Shown here in pieces: positions 27,522 to 37,388 of a stretch of DNA of 64,000 nt. Numbering within the stretch: the first letter of the stretch is position 1; each line of letters starts with the position of its first letter. The translations under genes were made by a program, and so were the position numbers. The stretch comes from a virus. The stretch is from positions 1 through 64,000 of IMG/VR virus record IMGVR_UViG_3300025887_000010; one strand, given 5' to 3'. Below the pieces are notes generated by a model. The model had not been told where the DNA came from and searched no databases. It saw only the letters and a list, made by a program, of their open reading frames with translations.

Positions 27522-28085
27522 TTAGCTTACATATTCGGAGAGAGCGACATCTATTTCGAGTGCCCTCGCGTTCGTGAGAATACACAGTTCTTCGAGCTTC
27601 ACTAATTGTCGCTGAACGATCGACTGTAGACGATGGTAGATGAGCTCTAAGCGATCAGCACGATTACCCATCTTGCGTTGCTCTGAAAGCACCATCAGAT
27701 GGTCGACCTTGTCAATGAAGTGGAATATGTGATATTCACACTCAGTGAAACCAGGCTCATCAACCTCGTATGCCACGGTAGGAAGGAATTCCCACTTTCG
27801 GTCGAGATCATCTTCGATCTCTTGTGTGGCTACACCCAGCGCCGGGTATTTGCCCTTCGCCCAGCCATTCACGTCACCAGTGATCTGCTCGTACGTATCG
27901 TGAAACAAGAGATATTGCAAAAGAGGGACGGTGACGCTATCAGGAAAGAAAATGAATGCAAGTTGTGCACAACCACCCATGTGGCGACCATTTGTGTAGC
28001 CGCCATGGTTGATCATTGGTGTGGAATGATCGCGCAGAACAACGTTGCCGTCACGAACAAAACTGATTCGTTTTGAGAGTCTCAT
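27522..28085 (-). CDS. HD-domain phosphohydrolase (YfbR/5'-deoxynucleotidase-like)
   Basis: R.H......NGRH...LLFHDTYEQITGDV...DKVD. Confidence 0.8.
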   Translation of the reverse strand: MRLSKRISFVRDGNVVLRDHSTPMINHGGYTNGRHMGGCAQLAFIFFPDSVTVPLLQYLLFHDTYEQITGDVNGWAKGKYPALGVATQEIEDDLDRKWEFLPTVAYEVDEPGFTECEYHIFHFIDKVDHLMVLSEQRKMGNRADRLELIYHRLQSIVQRQLVKLEELCILTNARALEIDVALSEYVS

Positions 28086-28969
28086 GACCGATACCTTTCA
28101 TTGACTAACACTTCTTCGATGTAAATGCCGCATTTACAAACTGAACGAACCCACTCGGTCTCTTCATCAAGGTCATCTATACGAATACCCGATTTCTCCC
28201 AGGCTTTCTCATCTGGGTTCCAGCGATACTTGCGACTCTTCAGGATTTCCTTCACTTCGAATGGCGAATTGCGAATTCGAACGATGTGCGAAGGTGTGAA
28301 TGCCTTTGTGAGAAGTGTCTTGAGATTGTCACGGACCAATACAAAACACGCATACGAGTCTTCGAGGGAGTCGTGGTGGTTCATGTAGTAGCCGAATGCC
28401 TGTGCCATAACCGAAGCAAGAGATGAAGTTGCAGAGCCATAACGTTCCTGCATGTTGAGATCGTTGACAGTACAAATCCAAGGGATGTCGACCCGCTTGA
28501 TCTTCTCAATGAACTTACGATCGAATGCAGCGTGATGAGCAGCAACGAAGTCACAGTCTTCAAAAATCATCTGAATCATCGCAGGTGCAATCGACATTCC
28601 TTTGACCATAGCATTTGTGATGCCTGTGAGAATTGTGATCTCCTCAGTGATTGGCTTTGAAGGCTCATTGTAAAAGGTGTCAGATGATACGACACGAATG
28701 TCAGTCATGTCTTCGTCAAACTCTACGAGTAGATAGGAGAGTGCGATGATTTCGTCATCGTCATCAAACCCAGTGGTCTCGGTGTCTAGGACGATTGCTT
28801 TGTGTGAGTATTCGACACCGATCTTCGGAACAGTGTTCGTCAGATGGGCAACAGGTAACCGGATGAGATACCGCAAAGGTTGTCCTATCTCAATCACACA
28901 CAAAGGAAGATCGTTCAACTCGTCTATTGAAAGTCCAAATTCACTCACGATGTGTACGCCTTTTCGCAC
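28082..28969 (-). CDS. DEDDh 3'-5' exonuclease (DNA polymerase III epsilon-like)
   Basis: VLDTETTG, LTGITN, AHHAAFDRKF, HHDSLED; C-terminal LKSRKYRWNP domain. Confidence 0.9.
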   Translation of the reverse strand: MRKGVHIVSEFGLSIDELNDLPLCVIEIGQPLRYLIRLPVAHLTNTVPKIGVEYSHKAIVLDTETTGFDDDDEIIALSYLLVEFDEDMTDIRVVSSDTFYNEPSKPITEEITILTGITNAMVKGMSIAPAMIQMIFEDCDFVAAHHAAFDRKFIEKIKRVDIPWICTVNDLNMQERYGSATSSLASVMAQAFGYYMNHHDSLEDSYACFVLVRDNLKTLLTKAFTPSHIVRIRNSPFEVKEILKSRKYRWNPDEKAWEKSGIRIDDLDEETEWVRSVCKCGIYIEEVLVNERYRS

Positions 28970-29166
28970 TGTGCAACATAGGCGAGAGCTGTGGCTTCGA
29001 ACCTTTTGCTGAGCTTCGATTTGTCAATTCGAATTTCACAAGGGCCTTCACCGATTACTTCGAATTCTACTGACTCCTCAGCATAAGCGACTTTGACGAT
29101 GATTGAGATACACAAAGAAAGTATGATCCCAAATAGAACAGCAATAACTAGATTCTCATTCTTCAT
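28945..29166 (-). CDS. small membrane-anchored protein
   Basis: N-terminal TM helix, two Cys. Confidence 0.5.
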   Translation of the reverse strand: MKNENLVIAVLFGIILSLCISIIVKVAYAEESVEFEVIGEGPCEIRIDKSKLSKRFEATALAYVAQCEKAYTS

Positions 29167-29187
29167 TTTGATTTTCCTTCTGTTGTG

Positions 29188-29218
29188 CTAGTTCGGCAAA
29201 TTGTTCACCGAACTAGCG
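29188..29218. terminator. hairpin / possible terminator
   Basis: GCTAGTTCGG-N11-CCGAACTAGC. Confidence 0.55.
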
Positions 29219-29225
29219 ATGCTAC

Positions 29226-29489
29226 TTACGCTTGAACAACGGTTTCGAGAATCTTGGCGAAGTGCCGTTGAGCTTCGCGAGATGCCTTGTCCAGGGTTTC
29301 TGCTTGGGCGAGAACGTCCTGTTTGACGACAGAGTTGACACCATCTTCACTCATAACGAGCTTGTCACGGACGATCTTGAAACAACCGATGTCGTCCTGT
29401 TCAAGAACGAAGTTTCCGAGTTCGGAGTTTGCGGTCCAGATGTTTGCACCGGTCTTCTTGAAATTGAGTCGTGAGATACGCATGATCAA
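29226..29489 (-). CDS. hypothetical protein
   Basis: overlap with the upstream stop. Confidence 0.55.
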   Translation of the reverse strand: MIMRISRLNFKKTGANIWTANSELGNFVLEQDDIGCFKIVRDKLVMSEDGVNSVVKQDVLAQAETLDKASREAQRHFAKILETVVQA

Positions 29490-30244
29490 TATTTCCCTTC
29501 CTTGATGAGTTTGACTGTTTCGTTGATTGTTTCGGGGTCGATGATCATTCGAGAGTCGAACAATGACACCTTGCCGTCGACTGTCTGCTGAAGCATGATG
29601 GAGAAATTCAGCAGTCCCTCTTTTCGTGTTTCGACGTAGTGAGGGTGGTGAGGAATGATCGATTTCTCTTTCAGACCGTTGATGAGTAGGACCAGGAAGT
29701 CTTCCATTTCCTGAGTCGTTTCCATCCCATTGTCGATTCGCTTATCGTTGACATATGTCATCCATGCGAACTGACCTTGAGTGTCGATCTGCTCGATGAA
29801 GAAGCGGGCAGATGAGAATGTTGACCAAAACTCGTCTTCCCACAGCTCTTCAGGAATAATCGGAATGTTGCGACCTGTAATGCCGCGAGAAAGACCAGCG
29901 AACTTGTCGCCATGCATTCGTTGCATGAAGAAGAAGCTCGAAGAGTCTGTACGAACGAGTCCTTTCTCCTTAACGAGGAAACTTTTCGCGTACTTTCCGA
30001 ATTCCTTCAGAGCAGGCTTATCCGAAAGATTGATCGGAATCGGCTGAGTGATGAGATTGTAATTGAGAAGAAGAATATCACAAACTTCGCTCCAGGCGAT
30101 AAATGACGTTACGTCGAAAAGAAAGTCAGACTTCTTCTCAGCGCGACGAGGATACCGATTGGTGCACTTGACCATCTCGTCAAAGTGCTTCTCGAGAGAA
30201 TAGCCGTTCTCAGCCAGGGCCATCTGAATAGATGGATGAAGCAT
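29486..30244 (-). CDS. hypothetical protein downstream of the sliding clamp
   Basis: 252-aa ORF, TAATG coupling to gp45; no AAA+ motifs. Confidence 0.65.
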   Translation of the reverse strand: MLHPSIQMALAENGYSLEKHFDEMVKCTNRYPRRAEKKSDFLFDVTSFIAWSEVCDILLLNYNLITQPIPINLSDKPALKEFGKYAKSFLVKEKGLVRTDSSSFFFMQRMHGDKFAGLSRGITGRNIPIIPEELWEDEFWSTFSSARFFIEQIDTQGQFAWMTYVNDKRIDNGMETTQEMEDFLVLLINGLKEKSIIPHHPHYVETRKEGLLNFSIMLQQTVDGKVSLFDSRMIIDPETINETVKLIKEGKY

Positions 30245-30966
30245 TACACTTCACTCCAGTTGGCGATCGAGAAGACATACGAGATGACCTTGCCTTTGAA
30301 TACCACGAACTTGTTGTGGATTCGTACAGTGTAGTCGCCTGGAAGAACATGGAATGCTTCACGAGAGAACCCGAGGGTGAAGTCGTTGTTCGTGTCGACG
30401 TTTGTGTTGAAACGGAAGACCGACGAGTTTTTCACTTCATTGCCTTGGTCATCAACATCCGCAGAGTACAGAACGATCTTGCCACCGATTGAGCGAATGC
30501 CGATCGTGTTGCATGAAGAAGTCTTGCGACCTTTTTCGAACGTCTTCAATGTGTCTTCTTCGAGGTCGAACGACATGAGTGGTTCCATACTGAGATACTT
30601 CTCGACCTTTTCAGGTTTCGGCGCAATGCCTTCCAGCAAGGATGGTTCGCTCAGGAAGTATTCCTGTGTGAATTTGCCGTCATCGGACTTGAAGACAACA
30701 CGATCTTCTTGGAACTCGGCGTTGTATCCGCCAGTGCCTTCGAACAGTTCGATGATAGAATGGAATGCCTTGATATCCCAGATGGGCAGACCGACTTCCT
30801 CATTGACGGTGTCAGGCAGTTCAACGTTAACATCCGAATGACCGGTCACTGACTTCGTTTCGGAGGAAGCACAGATGGCTTTTCCTGGATAGATCACGGT
30901 CGCATTCGAGAAACCTTTGAAGTGCGCCAACGTCTCAATAACGGCTTTTTGGAATTTGTAGCTCAT
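30244..30966 (-). CDS. gp45: sliding clamp
   Basis: L..F..F.N...I.PG...V.LP......LPIWD...F..II.LF, YFLSEPSLL; size and context. Confidence 0.8.
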   Translation of the reverse strand: MSYKFQKAVIETLAHFKGFSNATVIYPGKAICASSETKSVTGHSDVNVELPDTVNEEVGLPIWDIKAFHSIIELFEGTGGYNAEFQEDRVVFKSDDGKFTQEYFLSEPSLLEGIAPKPEKVEKYLSMEPLMSFDLEEDTLKTFEKGRKTSSCNTIGIRSIGGKIVLYSADVDDQGNEVKNSSVFRFNTNVDTNNDFTLGFSREAFHVLPGDYTVRIHNKFVVFKGKVISYVFSIANWSEV

Positions 30967-31010
30967 GTGCTTACTTTCTTTTCATTGGAGTTTAGGTTTG
31001 ATAGTTCATT

Positions 31011-31412
31011 TTAACACGAAAGGTCTGTCTTGTACACATCTTTGTGCACCCTTGACGGCTTATTTCCTGTGATGGAGGTGATAAGCTTTGCGGCATCACG
31101 AAAATGTCCACAGCGAATGCCATCAAGCGACAAGGTGTGGTTCGGAAAGTCGAAGCCTCTCTCGAGGTCTGCCTTCTTGATTGGTAGACCATTGGCTTCG
31201 ATGAGATTGTTGAAGTTGTGAGCTTCCTTCTTGGTGAATTGTGCAGTAACGGTAGCGATGCGCTCGTCTTCAATCGAATCCAAGACACACACAAGCGCAA
31301 ATGGATTAAGACATCTGATGAGAGCATCCTGATGAGTCTCAAGCTCCTTGATCAATTCAGCGAGCTCTCTATTCGTGGCATTCTGTATGGTCTGTGGGTG
31401 AGTTCTTTCCAT
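31011..31412 (-). CDS. hypothetical protein
   Basis: GGAAG RBS; between gp46 and gp45. Confidence 0.55.
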   Translation of the reverse strand: MERTHPQTIQNATNRELAELIKELETHQDALIRCLNPFALVCVLDSIEDERIATVTAQFTKKEAHNFNNLIEANGLPIKKADLERGFDFPNHTLSLDGIRCGHFRDAAKLITSITGNKPSRVHKDVYKTDLSC

Positions 31413-31422
31413 TTCGTCTTCC

Positions 31423-33030
31423 TTACTTGATGACAGAGAAGTTCTGCTCTTTCTCGATGGTGATGGTGTGATCGAAGTGATCAGAGAAGCCGAATTTCGG
31501 AGTCATACCAAAGAAGTTCATGCCTTCAAGCGATTTGACAACATCGTTCATGCGGATGACGTTCACATCTGAGAGGTTGTTGCCGTATTCATCGATGACC
31601 AACAGATTCGTGCTGACTGATGTCAACTTCTCTGCGAGATCACGCCATGTAAGAAGCATACAGAGATCGATCATCGCCTGTTCGCCAGTTGAGAAGTTCT
31701 CGTATGAGGCAGAATCGCGATAACGAGAACGAAAGCTCTCGTTGAACTCGGAATCGAACTCGATCAGCAGTGGAATACCGAATCGATCGAGATACCCATT
31801 GACCCGCTCATTGATAAACGGAATGTATTCGGATATGATGACAGATTTGGCTTCACCTTTCTGCAGCGACTTCTGAATCGTCGAGTACTCAGCAATGTCA
31901 GTTGTGAGGATTTCCCATTGAGTCGAAAGTTCTGCGATTTTCTCTTCGGACTCCTTGATCTTCACCTTCAGATCATCAGCTTGATCATTACTGTATGAAC
32001 TTTCGACTTTCAAAGCATCTCTCTTGTCGCGAATAGTCGATCTTGCGGCTTCAACCTTGCCTTCAAGAGCATTCTTCTTTTCGAGAAGAACATCGTATTC
32101 ACTCACACAGCTCTCGACCTCTTTCTGCGACTCGGTAATTGATGAACGTATCCGATTCAAATCTGATTCGTCAACAGTGTGATCAGCTCCACATGTGGGA
32201 CAAACACCTTTCTCAGATGCTGACTCAAGTTGTTCAAGCTCTTGTGTAAGCAACGTCAGTTTCATTCGAGCACTGTTCATCTTCATTCCAGCATCTTTAA
32301 CGGATGATGAAATCTGTTCAAGCTTCTCTTGACCTTTTTCGAGTCGAGGAGCATTGGCTTCGATGAACTCTTCGAGCTCCTTGATGAGGTCTTGATCGGG
32401 AACACGACATGAATCGAGGAGACTCGAATGGGTTTCAAGCATTGTTCGAGCTCGATTCGTTTCGAACTCGTTGTCAGAAAGAGTCGAATTTAGACGCTTG
32501 ATCTTGCCTTTCGCGATGTCGTTCATGCGACTGGAGATTTGTAGATCGAGAATGAACTCGACGAAACCTCTGCGACTTGCAGTCGTTCGCTGCATGAAAG
32601 GAGTATTCTTCGTGCCGATGAAGATGATCTGCTCAACAACAGATTTCGAAACCGCGATCAGGTCATTGAGAGCTTTCTGTTTGTCAATGATCTTCATATC
32701 GGTCCAAACTTCATCCCCGTTGACAGTAACCTGGAACTTGTCAGGACGTGTTCCACGGACAATAGTGACATCTGACGTGCCGACTCCAATCTCGAGCTCG
32801 ACAACACAGTCCTTTCCATTGATGAAGTTCGCGATTCCACCTTTCTTGATGTCACGCAAAGGAGAGCCGTACAATGCAAAGAAGATCGAGTCGAAGATCA
32901 ATGCGGTCTTTCCTCGACCATTGTCGGCCTGGATAATCGTCACTGGGTATTTCGAGAGATCAACGACTGTCGGTGTATTGCCATACGACAGGAAGTTCCT
33001 GATGTTGATTTGACGGAATTCGAGTCTCAT
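31423..33030 (-). CDS. gp46: SbcC/Rad50-like recombination ATPase
   Basis: NFLSYGN, ADNGRGKT, CPTCG zinc hook, FSTGEQ..IDL...WR, LLVIDE. Confidence 0.95.
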   Translation of the reverse strand: MRLEFRQINIRNFLSYGNTPTVVDLSKYPVTIIQADNGRGKTALIFDSIFFALYGSPLRDIKKGGIANFINGKDCVVELEIGVGTSDVTIVRGTRPDKFQVTVNGDEVWTDMKIIDKQKALNDLIAVSKSVVEQIIFIGTKNTPFMQRTTASRRGFVEFILDLQISSRMNDIAKGKIKRLNSTLSDNEFETNRARTMLETHSSLLDSCRVPDQDLIKELEEFIEANAPRLEKGQEKLEQISSSVKDAGMKMNSARMKLTLLTQELEQLESASEKGVCPTCGADHTVDESDLNRIRSSITESQKEVESCVSEYDVLLEKKNALEGKVEAARSTIRDKRDALKVESSYSNDQADDLKVKIKESEEKIAELSTQWEILTTDIAEYSTIQKSLQKGEAKSVIISEYIPFINERVNGYLDRFGIPLLIEFDSEFNESFRSRYRDSASYENFSTGEQAMIDLCMLLTWRDLAEKLTSVSTNLLVIDEYGNNLSDVNVIRMNDVVKSLEGMNFFGMTPKFGFSDHFDHTITIEKEQNFSVIK

Positions 33031-34016
33031 TGGGTAGCCTCCGTGTGGATTTCTTGAAGCTTCTCGTGAGTGTCGACGGAAAGGATTTCCTTCTGAACAA
33101 CAATGAAGTTTCGGGTTTCAGTTGATTCGTCGATGTCGATCACAAACTTGACCTCGTCGATGATTTCGAAGTTCGAGTTGATCGTCGAAAGCACACCCTT
33201 GAACTTCTCAAGATTGGCTTTCGACGTGTCATGGTCGACTTTTACGACGATCGAATGAGCTTTCTTCAATGCATCCCGATTTGCCGAAATCCATTTGACG
33301 GCATGTTCATTGTCGATGCGGTTGTTGTTGATGGCAACTCGAATGAACATCGGTGATTGAGGATAGTGAATGTGCTCCAACCTTCCGTCTTCCCACGCAA
33401 TGTGAAAACCAAGATGTTCGACACTCTGTTCAGAACCAAGCTGATAGCCAACACCAAGGTTGTAGACGTTTCCGAGTTTTCCTCGCTGGTGGACGTGACC
33501 ATTCAGAATAGTGATGCCATCAGCTTGCAGCTTCGAGCTATTGTCCTGGTGTGTGAATGCGTACACTGGTTCCAGCATCGATACATCAAGCGTTTTTTGT
33601 GTGAAGGTGTTGTAGGGATAGACGATGAACTCGAACGGCTTGATGAACTCAGTTACCGTCGTGGTAATCGAAATCTTTGTGTCATTGCCGAGAATTCGAG
33701 TTTCACCGAATGAGGTAAGCGAATCGATCGAGCTTTCAGTAGTGACTGATCGGCCCTTGATGTCATGGTTGCCGACATTGAAGATCACATGGTCGAAACG
33801 GTCACGAATGAGACCTGCGAATTTACGAAATGTTGCTGACGTTCGCGGAGTCACAGCGTAATTTTGTGTGGTGTCTCCATTGATGACGAGAGTTCGAACA
33901 TCTTTAGGAACGTTTTTGACGAAGAATGTGACGAATTCGAGAAAGGCATCTGCGAAAAGTGCAGAATCGTTGTCTTTCCCGATATGAAGATCGGTCAGGA
34001 CTGCAATTCCATTCAT
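33027..34016 (-). CDS. gp47: SbcD/Mre11-like nuclease
   Basis: TDLHIG, NGD, GNHD, FTHQ, GHVH. Confidence 0.88.
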   Translation of the reverse strand: MNGIAVLTDLHIGKDNDSALFADAFLEFVTFFVKNVPKDVRTLVINGDTTQNYAVTPRTSATFRKFAGLIRDRFDHVIFNVGNHDIKGRSVTTESSIDSLTSFGETRILGNDTKISITTTVTEFIKPFEFIVYPYNTFTQKTLDVSMLEPVYAFTHQDNSSKLQADGITILNGHVHQRGKLGNVYNLGVGYQLGSEQSVEHLGFHIAWEDGRLEHIHYPQSPMFIRVAINNNRIDNEHAVKWISANRDALKKAHSIVVKVDHDTSKANLEKFKGVLSTINSNFEIIDEVKFVIDIDESTETRNFIVVQKEILSVDTHEKLQEIHTEATQ

Positions 34017-34648
34017 GATGGATTTCCTTCATCCTTGATGGCTTCTGCTGCACGCTTCTCTTCAGCTTCACGTTTTTTCATGATTTCACTCTCCTTTTTC
34101 TCTTTCCTGAGGCGATCGCTGTATTGCTTCGCGTAATTGAGGTCTTTGTCCGATTCCTCGTCCGATTTGTAGTTGTCAGCGAGCTTGCGAATGTCCACAA
34201 GCGAAGCATTGTAGAATTGTTGATGCGACGGATCGACTCCAATGTCTGTTTGACCATCCATGAAGGCTCCAGTGTAGCGAGTCTGCAAGTTCATCTGTTT
34301 CTGTGCTTTGTTCACAACTCCGAGAAACCCGTAGTAGACCGTCGTTGTGAGGAATGAGAAAGCTGATCCTGAAGCCATCTTCGAAGGATCGTACTTGTTC
34401 TGAATCGCATTGATGGCAACCAGACAGGCACTCGAAATCAGGTCATCACGTTCGCGAAGTGGAATTCGTTGCCACTTGTACGACCGAGCATAGTTACGTG
34501 CAATCCTGATAATGCAATCCCCGACATACTCGGGAATTTTCGGTTCCTCTGTCCCATTTTCTCTTGCTGCATCACGTCTTTCAACGTAATCGTTCAGCAC
34601 GGATGTGAGCTTTTTTCCGTCAACGTAATGGGCTGATCGTTTTCTCAT
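34013..34648 (-). CDS. gp55: late sigma factor (start MRKRSAHYVD)
   Basis: HYVD.K.L...KIPEYVGDCIIRIA......W....RDDLIS......YDP.K..SAFSFLT...Y.GFL. Confidence 0.92.
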   Translation of the reverse strand: MRKRSAHYVDGKKLTSVLNDYVERRDAARENGTEEPKIPEYVGDCIIRIARNYARSYKWQRIPLRERDDLISSACLVAINAIQNKYDPSKMASGSAFSFLTTTVYYGFLGVVNKAQKQMNLQTRYTGAFMDGQTDIGVDPSHQQFYNASLVDIRKLADNYKSDEESDKDLNYAKQYSDRLRKEKKESEIMKKREAEEKRAAEAIKDEGNPS

Positions 34649-35082
34649 AGAATCCCCTCTTGAATTTCGAATCTCACTCTCATGAGTATGTTTCCGAGAT
34701 GATTCTGTCCATCTCCGATTGGGCATTGGCCCCAAAACTTGTCATTCCAAACGTTACCTTCAACCAACTCTTCCTCTCCCGTTTCCGTCAGCATTTTTGC
34801 GAGGTCTGGGTTCTGACTGAACTTCTTTTCTATGATGGAAGTCATGATAGCGATCTTGATTTGGCACCAGTCACTCCGAATCAAATTTTGAGTCTTGCGG
34901 TAGAAACGCTTTGCCTTTCCAGCAGTGGGAAGAAGTGAGATCGCGATCTGCACCTCTCTGTCATGGGTCTTTGACGCAGCGTAAGCATGTTCAGAAGACA
35001 CAAAATCCAGCGATAAGTGCCGGACTTTGCAAGGGTGAAAGTTTGAGAGGAACTGGAATTCCCCTCGAAAGCTTGAAATCAT
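34645..35082 (-). CDS. NADAR (YbiA-like) protein
   Basis: FLSNFHP...SSEHAYAASKT...AK...KFSQNPDL...L..TG...LVE..WNDKFWG...GQNHLG.ILM.VR. Confidence 0.92.
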   Translation of the reverse strand: MISSFRGEFQFLSNFHPCKVRHLSLDFVSSEHAYAASKTHDREVQIAISLLPTAGKAKRFYRKTQNLIRSDWCQIKIAIMTSIIEKKFSQNPDLAKMLTETGEEELVEGNVWNDKFWGQCPIGDGQNHLGNILMRVRFEIQEGIL

Positions 35083-35450
35083 GTTGTGACTTCCTCGAGT
35101 GCGATGTTTTGGTTAGGTGCTTGAACGATCTTGAAGGTCTTTCCGTCGAGAACGATCTCATCATTGAGTTCGAAACCAAATGCGACAGTCCGTTCTTGAT
35201 GAGAGTCACTGATCATTGATGCATTGGAGTAGGTCCAATATCCACTTTCGACATCGTGGCCGATGGTGAACTGACGAATCCATTCGTGATTGTCACGAGG
35301 GAACGACTTGATGCAAATTGAAGTTGCGGTCGTACGAAGCTTAATATCTTCATATCCAGCTTTCGGACGAAGTTCAAGCAATTCATTTCCTTTGAAGTTG
35401 CTCATAACGAGCAATCCAGGAAAATCTGCGAGGACACGAGTTTGTTGCAT
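35079..35450 (-). CDS. hypothetical early protein
   Basis: promoter 35478-35506 with full leader and AAGGAG. Confidence 0.75.
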   Translation of the reverse strand: MQQTRVLADFPGLLVMSNFKGNELLELRPKAGYEDIKLRTTATSICIKSFPRDNHEWIRQFTIGHDVESGYWTYSNASMISDSHQERTVAFGFELNDEIVLDGKTFKIVQAPNQNIALEEVTT

Positions 35451-35518
35451 TTGATATTCTCCTTTGTTTATAGTTTAAGAATATCATATGGGGCACACTT
35501 TGTACACTAGAAAGTGCA

Positions 35519-35545
35519 AAGGGTTGCAAACAAATTGCAACCCTT
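35519..35545 (-). terminator. terminator after gp32, abutting the next early promoter
   Basis: AAGGGTTGCAA-ACAAA-TTGCAACCCTT. Confidence 0.8.
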
Positions 35546-35568
35546 CGTTTCGTCAACAGATGGTGTGA

Positions 35569-36591
35569 TTAGTCGAAATCGAACCCGTCGAAATCGTCGT
35601 CATCGTCATCATCTCCACTGTCATCATCAGTTGGAGGAGTTGGGCTCTTCTCTTCCTTCTTCGATTCAGCTTCATCATTAAATGATTTCGGAGAAGACTT
35701 CTTCCCCTCTTTCGGATTTTCAGCTTCATCTTCCTTGGGCTGTGGTTTCGGCTTTTCGTCCCTCTTGATGTCTTCCTTCGGCTTCGCGCGGGATTTCGAA
35801 GTGATATTGAACTCTTCGATCTTGTCGGCGAATGTGTCCTGGATGACAGGATCGTCGATACCAACGACTTCGATCAATTCGGCAATCAAGTCTTCGTACT
35901 TCTTGAAGCGATCTTCCTTCAGAAGGTCACCAAGTGGCTTGACGTTGTCGGCGTACATCTTCTCGAATTTTGCTTCGTCGGCTTCGTCAAACCAGGGAGA
36001 GGATTCCTTCGCGAAGTAGGACTGTTCGTAGTTCGGATACCCTTCTTTGTCGACCATACGGATGATCAGATCGCGGCCGGTCGTTCCGAAGATGTCGAAT
36101 GGGTTGAAAGGCTTCGGTTGTTCTTCTGCGAATTTGTCCTCGGGAGGGTTGATCGCATTTTCGACCATCTTGCGAATGGCTTGTGGAGAGTAGAAAGGCA
36201 GGATTTTGCCGTTGTTCTTCGGGTCGATCTTGTCTTCGTAGACGTAGACGAACATTTTGGTGATGTTCTTCTTGCCAATTGCGCGAGAACCTTTGACATC
36301 GCCAGCTCCCCAGAGCGCAGACTTGTATTGCTGACATGGATCAGAAAGACCGATCGAACGCCGAGAAAGGTTGTTGTAGGCCTTTGAACCTTTTTTGAAC
36401 GCGAACTTGATGTACGTGATCATGTGGTTGACGCCGTCTTCAGCAGGAAGCAAACGGACTCGTGAGTAACCCTGATTCGATGGATCGCGACCCATCACAA
36501 AGTTCTCTTCTTGCTCGCGATTCGCGGACTGAAGTTTCGCCTTCATTGCGTCGAGGTCGCCTGAGGTCTTACGTAGGTTGGAAAATGACAT
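35569..36591 (-). CDS. gp32: single-stranded DNA-binding protein
   Basis: MSFSNLRK, GYSRVRLLPA, DP..NNGK, PFNPFD, GYPNYEQS.F, FKKYEDL, acidic tail DFDGFDFD. Confidence 0.92.
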   Translation of the reverse strand: MSFSNLRKTSGDLDAMKAKLQSANREQEENFVMGRDPSNQGYSRVRLLPAEDGVNHMITYIKFAFKKGSKAYNNLSRRSIGLSDPCQQYKSALWGAGDVKGSRAIGKKNITKMFVYVYEDKIDPKNNGKILPFYSPQAIRKMVENAINPPEDKFAEEQPKPFNPFDIFGTTGRDLIIRMVDKEGYPNYEQSYFAKESSPWFDEADEAKFEKMYADNVKPLGDLLKEDRFKKYEDLIAELIEVVGIDDPVIQDTFADKIEEFNITSKSRAKPKEDIKRDEKPKPQPKEDEAENPKEGKKSSPKSFNDEAESKKEEKSPTPPTDDDSGDDDDDDDFDGFDFD

Positions 36592-36713
36592 GGTAGTCTC
36601 CGGTAAATGAAAGGACTGATTTTGCCACGGTAGGCTATGCCTTTTTGATTGTGTCTATTTTAGACTAATTGATCTTATCACAATCTGGAATGATTGTAAA
36701 CAGCTCATTTCGA

Positions 36714-36965
36714 CTAATTACCCGCTGTTGAGCGAATGAGATGAGGGAACTTCAGCTTTCCCATTCGCGCATGCGCCCGATCGACACATGTTCCGAATTC
36801 GTGGCCTGTGCAATCGAGCCATTTCTCTATCTCATTTATTTTGTACACATTGAAGATCACAAGATCACGATCTCCGATCGTGTAGAACGTCATTCGGTCA
36901 GTTGGACACTCGTCCAGGACCTTCTGCACCTTCTTGATCCATTCCTCTTCGGCTTTCGTCAACAT
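36714..36965 (-). CDS. hypothetical protein (start MLTKAEE)
   Basis: AAGGAG RBS. Confidence 0.6.
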   Translation of the reverse strand: MLTKAEEEWIKKVQKVLDECPTDRMTFYTIGDRDLVIFNVYKINEIEKWLDCTGHEFGTCVDRAHARMGKLKFPHLIRSTAGN

Positions 36966-37151
36966 GGAGTTCTCCTTATCCAAGCAGCCAGACGACGGTC
37001 GCGAACCAAATGGTTGCGCCACTGATTACACAAACAGTGAGAAGCCACCACGGAATCGTGATTCCTGGAGTGGTGTTTTTGAGATTATCGATGAGTTCGA
37101 TGCGTTCGATGTCATCAAGGTACATTTGGATCTTCCGGTAATCGTCTCTCG

Positions 37152-37388
37152 TCATAGTCCCGCTGCCTCCATATAGAGAGATGTCATGGTTTCGTCCTCA
37201 TCACGCTTTGCGCGTGCGATCCGTGAAAGGCGAATGACCTTCCGCAGATACTTCGGCTCGAGACCTTGTTCTTTGGCCTCTTTCATCAATTCGGACTTGT
37301 CCTTCTTGATGACTGATGTACGTTCATCGAGAACCTTGTGGCGGTCAATGAATGATTGGACGAGCTCTTCGCTTGGTACCTTACTCAT
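37152..37388 (-). CDS. GapR/DUF2312-like dsDNA-binding protein (DsbA-like)
   Basis: L.SFI.R...L.E.......D..E...EAK..G...K.LRKVI.L......RDE.E....LY..A.G. Confidence 0.85.
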   Translation of the reverse strand: MSKVPSEELVQSFIDRHKVLDERTSVIKKDKSELMKEAKEQGLEPKYLRKVIRLSRIARAKRDEDETMTSLYMEAAGL

